A DNA stretch of 12,299 nucleotides from a virus (taxonomy: Duplodnaviria > Heunggongvirae > Uroviricota > Caudoviricetes), in the IMG/VR virus record IMGVR_UViG_2778261165_000013. One strand, given 5' to 3'. Both the position numbers and the translations under genes were made by a program. Under the pieces are notes generated by a model. It did not search any database, was not told where the DNA came from, and saw only the letters and a list, made by a program, of their open reading frames with translations. Shown piece by piece: positions 7,601 to 12,299 of this stretch. The number at the start of each line of letters is the position of its first letter. Position 1 is the stretch's first letter.

Positions 7601-7817
7601 ATCAATAACTCTCAACTGTAAGGGTATTGAAATGTTAACACAAGCTCTCGCTGTAGGGGTATAGCCGAGACCACCGAAGCCCGGAGGTGGTGAAATAAAA
7701 CCGGGCACAACACGAAGGCGCATTTCCGATATCCATAAAGAGTCGGTCTTGTCTGTTAAATTTAAATGGTGGGAGTGCGCCTCCGGTTGTAAATAACGAC
7801 ATTGCTGTGTGTAGTCC

Positions 7818-7865
7818 TGGCGGCATCAGTTTTTTTCTTGAAGTTCGGCTGATGTCCGCCCTTTT
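7818..7865 (+). terminator. Candidate terminator-like hairpin in the sieB-kilR intergenic region
   Basis: GGCGGCATCAG (7818..7828) pairs with CTGATGTCCGCC (7848..7859) with one bulge and a 19-nt loop, followed by CTTTTTAAAG. The large loop makes it non-canonical. Confidence 0.35.
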
Positions 7866-8041
7866 TAAAGTGAATTTTGTGATGCGGTGAATGCGGCTAA
7901 GCGCACGTGGCACAGTTAAAAGTCATGTTAGTCCTTATTGGTTTGGGTGGGAAAGCCGACTGTAATTGTTAACTGGTTGCAGTCACCTGGAGGCACCAGG
8001 CACCGCATCAACAAAGTTCATTTGTAAAAATGGAGATAATT

Positions 8042-8263
8042 ATGATTGCACATCACTTCGGAACTGATGAAATACCACGTCAGTGTGTGACTCCTGGCGA
8101 TTATGTTCTTCATGAAGGCCGGACATATATTGCCTCGGCAAACAATATTAAAAAGCGAAAACTATATATTCGTAACCTGACCACAAAAACATGCATTACT
8201 GACCGCATGATTAAAGTCTTCCTCGGTCGTGATGGTTTACCTGTAAAGGCGGAGTCATGGTGA
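8042..8263 (+). CDS. kilR: Killing protein KilR (cell-division inhibitor), 73 aa
   Basis: [73 protein letters not shown] recognised as Rac KilR; GGAGA Shine-Dalgarno 5 nt upstream of the ATG at 8042. Confidence 0.88.
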   Translation: MIAHHFGTDEIPRQCVTPGDYVLHEGRTYIASANNIKKRKLYIRNLTTKTCITDRMIKVFLGRDGLPVKAESW

Positions 8264-8433
8264 TGACTAAGAAAATAAAATGTGCTTACCACCTTTGCAA
8301 AAAAGACGTTGAAGAAAGCAAAGCTATTGAAAGAATGCTTCACTTCATGCACGGGATTTTATCAAAAGACGAACCGAGAAAATATTGCAGTGAAGCTTGT
8401 GCCGAAAAAGACCAGATGGCACATGAACTTTAA
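8263..8433 (+). CDS. ydaE: Rac prophage small protein YdaE (56 aa)
   Basis: Hand-translated: [56 protein letters not shown]. The ATG overlaps the kilR stop (TGATGACT), suggesting translational coupling. Confidence 0.75.
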   Translation: MTKKIKCAYHLCKKDVEESKAIERMLHFMHGILSKDEPRKYCSEACAEKDQMAHEL

Positions 8434-8507
8434 TTAATTGACTATTCGAAACTGAATTTATGCCAGAAATGGCAGGTATTCGCTCAACCTTAATTAAGGA
8501 GAAAAAC

Positions 8508-8783
8508 ATGATTACCAATTATGAAGCCACTGTTGTAACTACCGATGACATTGTTCACGAGGTGAATCTGGAAGGAAAGCGCATTGGCTACGTAATTAAA
8601 ACAGAAAATAAAGAAACCCCATTCACTGTGGTTGATATCGATGGTCCATCAGGCAACGTAAAAACACTTGATGAAGGTGTCAAAAAAATGTGCCTGGTGC
8701 ATATCGGAAAGAATCTGCCCGCAGAAAAAAAAGCCGAATTTCTGGCAACTCTAATTGCAATGAAATTAAAAGGTGAAATCTGA
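8508..8783 (+). CDS. racC: RacC protein (91 aa)
   Basis: MITNYEATVVTTDDIVHEVNLEGKRIGYVIKTENKETPFTVVDIDGPSGNVKTLDEGVKKMCLVHIGKNLPAEKKAEFLATLIAMKLKGEI recognised as RacC; AAGGAG Shine-Dalgarno 6 nt upstream of the ATG at 8508. Confidence 0.88.
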   Translation: MITNYEATVVTTDDIVHEVNLEGKRIGYVIKTENKETPFTVVDIDGPSGNVKTLDEGVKKMCLVHIGKNLPAEKKAEFLATLIAMKLKGEI

Positions 8784-8788
8784 AAGAA

Positions 8789-8813
8789 ATAGCCTGCGTA
8801 TGGCGCAGGCTAT
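8789..8813 (+). other. Perfect 10-bp stem-loop between racC and recE, with no U-tract
   Basis: ATAGCCTGCG (8789..8798), loop TATGG, CGCAGGCTAT (8804..8813), starting 6 nt after the racC stop. Confidence 0.5.
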
Positions 8814-8884
8814 GAACAGTGTGTATCCGGCAAGATCATTCACTGAACAAAACGAATTTTAATCTGAGTTGAGGTTAAAAAACA

Positions 8885-11485
8885 ATGAGCACAAAACCAC
8901 TCTTCCTGTTACGGAAAGCGAAAAAATCATCCGGTGAACCTGACGTCGTCCTGTGGGCAAGCAACGATTTTGAATCGACCTGTGCCACTCTGGACTACCT
9001 GATCGTTAAGTCAGGTAAAAAACTGAGCAGCTATTTTAAAGCTGTTGCCACGAATTTTCCTGTCGTTAATGACCTGCCCGCTGAAGGTGAGATCGATTTT
9101 ACCTGGAGTGAACGCTATCAACTCAGCAAAGACTCCATGACATGGGAACTAAAACCGGGAGCAGCACCAGACAACGCTCACTATCAAGGCAATACCAACG
9201 TCAACGGCGAAGACATGACTGAGATTGAGGAGAATATGCTACTCCCAATTTCTGGCCAGGAACTGCCCATTCGTTGGCTTGCTCAACACGGCAGCGAAAA
9301 ACCGGTAACGCACGTTTCACGCGACGGACTCCAGGCATTACACATTGCTCGGGCTGAAGAACTACCGGCTGTTACTGCCCTGGCTGTTTCCCACAAAACC
9401 AGCCTGCTCGACCCGCTGGAAATTCGCGAACTCCACAAACTGGTTCGTGACACTGACAAAGTTTTCCCTAATCCTGGTAATTCAAACCTGGGACTGATAA
9501 CTGCTTTTTTCGAAGCATACCTGAACGCTGACTACACCGATCGAGGACTGCTGACAAAAGAGTGGATGAAGGGTAATCGTGTTTCACACATCACTCGCAC
9601 GGCTTCCGGTGCTAATGCTGGCGGCGGAAACCTCACCGATCGCGGCGAAGGTTTCGTACACGATCTGACGTCACTGGCGCGCGACGTAGCCACTGGCGTA
9701 CTGGCCCGTTCAATGGATCTGGACATCTATAACCTTCATCCGGCACACGCTAAACGCATTGAGGAAATTATCGCTGAAAATAAACCGCCCTTTTCTGTTT
9801 TCCGCGACAAATTCATCACCATGCCTGGCGGGCTGGATTATTCCCGCGCCATCGTGGTTGCGTCCGTAAAAGAAGCACCAATTGGGATCGAGGTCATCCC
9901 CGCGCACGTCACTGAATATCTGAACAAAGTACTGACTGAAACCGATCATGCCAACCCTGATCCGGAAATCGTGGATATTGCCTGCGGTCGCTCCTCTGCC
10001 CCGATGCCGCAGCGAGTAACAGAAGAAGGAAAACAGGATGATGAAGAAAAACCGCAACCATCTGGAACAACGGCAGTTGAACAGGGAGAGGCTGAAACAA
10101 TGGAACCGGACGCAACTGAACATCATCAGGACACGCAGCCGCTGGATGCTCAGTCACAGGTAAATTCTGTTGATGCGAAATATCAGGAACTGCGGGCAGA
10201 ACTCCATGAAGCCCGGAAAAACATTCCATCAAAAAATCCTGTCGATGCCGATAAATTGCTTGCTGCATCACGTGGTGAATTTGTTGACGGAATTAGCGAC
10301 CCGAACGATCCGAAATGGGTAAAGGGGATCCAGACTCGCGATTGTGTGTACCAGAACCAGCCAGAAACGGAAAAAACCAGCCCAGATATGAATCAACCTG
10401 AGCCAGTAGTGCAACAGGAACCGGAAATAGCCTGCAATGCCTGCGGCCAGACTGGCGGGGATAACTGCCCTGACTGTGGTGCGGTGATGGGCGACGCAAC
10501 ATACCAGGAAACATTCGCTGAAGAGAGTCAGGTTGAAGCTAAGGAAAATGATCCGGAGGAAATGGAAGGCGCTGAACATCCGCACAATGAGAATGCTGGC
10601 AGCGATCCGCATCGCGATTGCAGTGATGAAACTGGCGAAGTCGCAGATCCCGTAATCGTAGAAGACATAGAGCCAGGTATTTATTACGGAATTTCGAATG
10701 AGAATTACCACGCGGGTCCCGGTATCAGTAAGTCTCAGCTCGATGACATTGCTGATACTCCGGCACTATATTTGTGGCGTAAAAATGCCCCCGTGGACAC
10801 CACAAAGACAAAAACGCTCGATTTAGGAACTGCTTTCCACTGCCGGGTACTTGAACCGGAAGAATTCAGTAACCGCTTTATCGTAGCACCTGAATTTAAC
10901 CGCCGTACAAACGCCGGAAAAGAAGAAGAGAAAGCGTTTCTGATGGAATGCGCAAGCACAGGAAAAACGGTTATCACTGCGGAAGAAGGCCGGAAAATTG
11001 AACTCATGTATCAAAGCGTTATGGCTTTGCCGCTGGGGCAATGGCTTGTTGAAAGCGCCGGACACGCTGAATCATCAATTTACTGGGAAGATCCTGAAAC
11101 AGGAATTTTGTGTCGGTGCCGTCCGGACAAAATTATCCCTGAATTTCACTGGATCATGGACGTGAAAACTACGGCGGATATTCAACGATTCAAAACCGCT
11201 TATTACGACTACCGCTATCACGTTCAGGATGCATTCTACAGTGACGGTTATGAAGCACAGTTTGGAGTGCAGCCAACTTTCGTTTTTCTGGTTGCCAGCA
11301 CAACTATTGAATGCGGACGTTATCCGGTTGAAATTTTCATGATGGGCGAAGAAGCAAAACTGGCAGGTCAACAGGAATATCACCGCAATCTGCGAACCCT
11401 GTCTGACTGCCTGAATACCGATGAATGGCCAGCTATTAAGACATTATCACTGCCCCGCTGGGCTAAGGAATATGCAAATGACTAA
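8885..11485 (+). CDS. recE: Exodeoxyribonuclease VIII (RecE), full length 866 aa
   Basis: 866-aa ORF starting [29 protein letters not shown]… and ending …[13 protein letters not shown], recognised as E. coli Rac RecE. GAGG Shine-Dalgarno upstream; its stop overlaps the recT start in the ATGACTAAG arrangement. Confidence 0.95.
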   Translation: MSTKPLFLLRKAKKSSGEPDVVLWASNDFESTCATLDYLIVKSGKKLSSYFKAVATNFPVVNDLPAEGEIDFTWSERYQLSKDSMTWELKPGAAPDNAHYQGNTNVNGEDMTEIEENMLLPISGQELPIRWLAQHGSEKPVTHVSRDGLQALHIARAEELPAVTALAVSHKTSLLDPLEIRELHKLVRDTDKVFPNPGNSNLGLITAFFEAYLNADYTDRGLLTKEWMKGNRVSHITRTASGANAGGGNLTDRGEGFVHDLTSLARDVATGVLARSMDLDIYNLHPAHAKRIEEIIAENKPPFSVFRDKFITMPGGLDYSRAIVVASVKEAPIGIEVIPAHVTEYLNKVLTETDHANPDPEIVDIACGRSSAPMPQRVTEEGKQDDEEKPQPSGTTAVEQGEAETMEPDATEHHQDTQPLDAQSQVNSVDAKYQELRAELHEARKNIPSKNPVDADKLLAASRGEFVDGISDPNDPKWVKGIQTRDCVYQNQPETEKTSPDMNQPEPVVQQEPEIACNACGQTGGDNCPDCGAVMGDATYQETFAEESQVEAKENDPEEMEGAEHPHNENAGSDPHRDCSDETGEVADPVIVEDIEPGIYYGISNENYHAGPGISKSQLDDIADTPALYLWRKNAPVDTTKTKTLDLGTAFHCRVLEPEEFSNRFIVAPEFNRRTNAGKEEEKAFLMECASTGKTVITAEEGRKIELMYQSVMALPLGQWLVESAGHAESSIYWEDPETGILCRCRPDKIIPEFHWIMDVKTTADIQRFKTAYYDYRYHVQDAFYSDGYEAQFGVQPTFVFLVASTTIECGRYPVEIFMMGEEAKLAGQQEYHRNLRTLSDCLNTDEWPAIKTLSLPRWAKEYAND

Positions 11486-12110
11486 GCAACCACCAATCGC
11501 AAAAGCCGATCTGCAAAAAACTCAGGGAAACCGTGCACCAGCAGCAGTTAAAAATAGCGACGTGATTAGTTTTATTAACCAGCCATCAATGAAAGAGCAA
11601 CTGGCAGCAGCTCTTCCACGCCATATGACGGCTGAACGTATGATCCGTATCGCCACCACAGAAATTCGTAAAGTTCCGGCGTTAGGAAACTGTGACACTA
11701 TGAGTTTTGTCAGTGCGATCGTACAGTGTTCACAGCTCGGACTTGAGCCAGGTAGCGCCCTCGGTCATGCATATTTACTGCCTTTTGGTAATAAAAACGA
11801 AAAGAGCGGTAAAAAGAACGTTCAGCTAATCATTGGCTATCGCGGCATGATTGATCTGGCTCGCCGTTCTGGTCAAATCGCCAGCCTGTCAGCCCGTGTT
11901 GTCCGTGAAGGTGACGAGTTTAGCTTCGAATTTGGCCTTGATGAAAAGTTAATACACCGCCCGGGAGAAAACGAAGATGCCCCGGTTACCCACGTCTATG
12001 CTGTCGCAAGACTGAAAGACGGAGGTACTCAGTTTGAAGTTATGACGCGCAAACAGATTGAGCTGGTGCGCAGCCCTGAGAGATCCCCTCATAATTTCCC
12101 CAAAGCGTAA
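11478..12110 (+). pseudogene. recT: recT (RecT single-strand annealing protein) truncated by IS10 after codon 199; chimeric ORF ends with the IS10-encoded tail PERSPHNFPKA
   Basis: Begins [41 protein letters not shown]…, recognised as RecT (full length 269 aa). Native sequence ends at 12075, where the IS10 inside end begins, and the reading frame runs 32 nt into IS10 to a TAA. Confidence 0.9.
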
Positions 12111-12299
12111 CCATGTGTGAATAAATTTTGAGCTAGTAGGGTTGCAGCCACGAGTAAGTCTTCCCTTGTTATTGTGTAGCCAGAATGCCGCAAAACTTCC
12201 ATGCCTAAGCGAACTGTTGAGAGTACGTTTCGATTTCTGACTGTGTTAGCCTGGAAGTGCTTGTCCCAACCTTGTTTCTGAGCATGAACGCCCGCAAGC
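12076..12299 (-). mobile_element. IS10 (IS4 family), partial copy: inside-end portion, element continues right of the window, inverted relative to the left copy
   Basis: Begins CTGAGAGATCCCCTCATAATTTCCCCAAAGCGTAACC… and is the exact reverse complement of 1..224. Confidence 0.85.
12089..12298 (-). CDS. IS10 transposase, C-terminal 69 codons (partial)
   Basis: Mirror image of the 2..211 coding fragment on the minus strand. Confidence 0.8.
   Translation of the reverse strand, partial: LAGVHAQKQGWDKHFQANTVRNRNVLSTVRLGMEVLRHSGYTITREDLLVAATLLAQNLFTHGYALGKL

Noticed and set aside
7601-7723. Upstream extension of sieB to 7723 (203-aa version), and likewise the ORF-track starts 8030 for kilR and 8460 for racC
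   Set aside because: The internal ATGs at 7600, 8042 and 8508 have Shine-Dalgarno sequences and give the recalled protein lengths (162, 73, 91 aa); the upstream starts do not.
7635-7913. 92-aa minus-strand ORF in the sieB-kilR intergenic region
   Set aside because: No Shine-Dalgarno, overlaps the sieB 5-prime region and the hairpin structures, and the translation is proline/arginine-rich; more likely regulatory DNA.
9532-11383. Several minus-strand ORFs of 64-147 aa (9532..9726, 9710..10126, 9909..10271, 10268..10711, 10293..10514, 10735..11007, 10823..11065, 11075..11383)
   Set aside because: All lie antisense inside the well-supported recE reading frame, have no ribosome-binding sites and give low-complexity translations; they are shadow ORFs.
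11421-11477. Upstream extension of recT to the ATG at 11421 (ORF-track start)
   Set aside because: That part lies inside recE; the MTKQ start at 11478 has an AAGGA Shine-Dalgarno and the known ATGACTAAG overlap with the recE stop.
1-12299. CRISPR arrays, tRNA or rRNA genes, integrase or attachment sites
   Set aside because: No spacer-interleaved direct repeats, no cloverleaf-like or rRNA-like sequence, and no integrase ORF; the only repeat families are the IS10 termini, the CGTGAC iterons and the 12-bp operators.

Overview
The window is an 11.85-kb unique segment (225..12075) bracketed at both ends by 224-bp perfect inverted repeats that I recognise as the inside end of IS10 (the last 69 codons of the transposase plus the terminal repeat). 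Both IS copies run off the window. Inside is the early region of a Rac-type lambdoid prophage: replication initiator with embedded iterons, ydaT-like, ydaS-like (Cro-type), racR-like repressor with flanking palindromic operators, ydaG, ydaF, sieB, kilR, ydaE, racC, a complete 866-aa recE and a recT cut at codon 199 by the right IS10. The left third is non-phage cargo: a 667-aa BetT-like BCCT transporter and a membrane protein whose 3-prime end is cut by the left IS10. No rRNA, tRNA or CRISPR array was seen. All identifications are from reading the sequence and from recollection of the protein families; no database search or computation was run. I found no single clearly undescribed system; the most unusual features are the Tn10-like IS10 bracket and the iteron and operator architecture.
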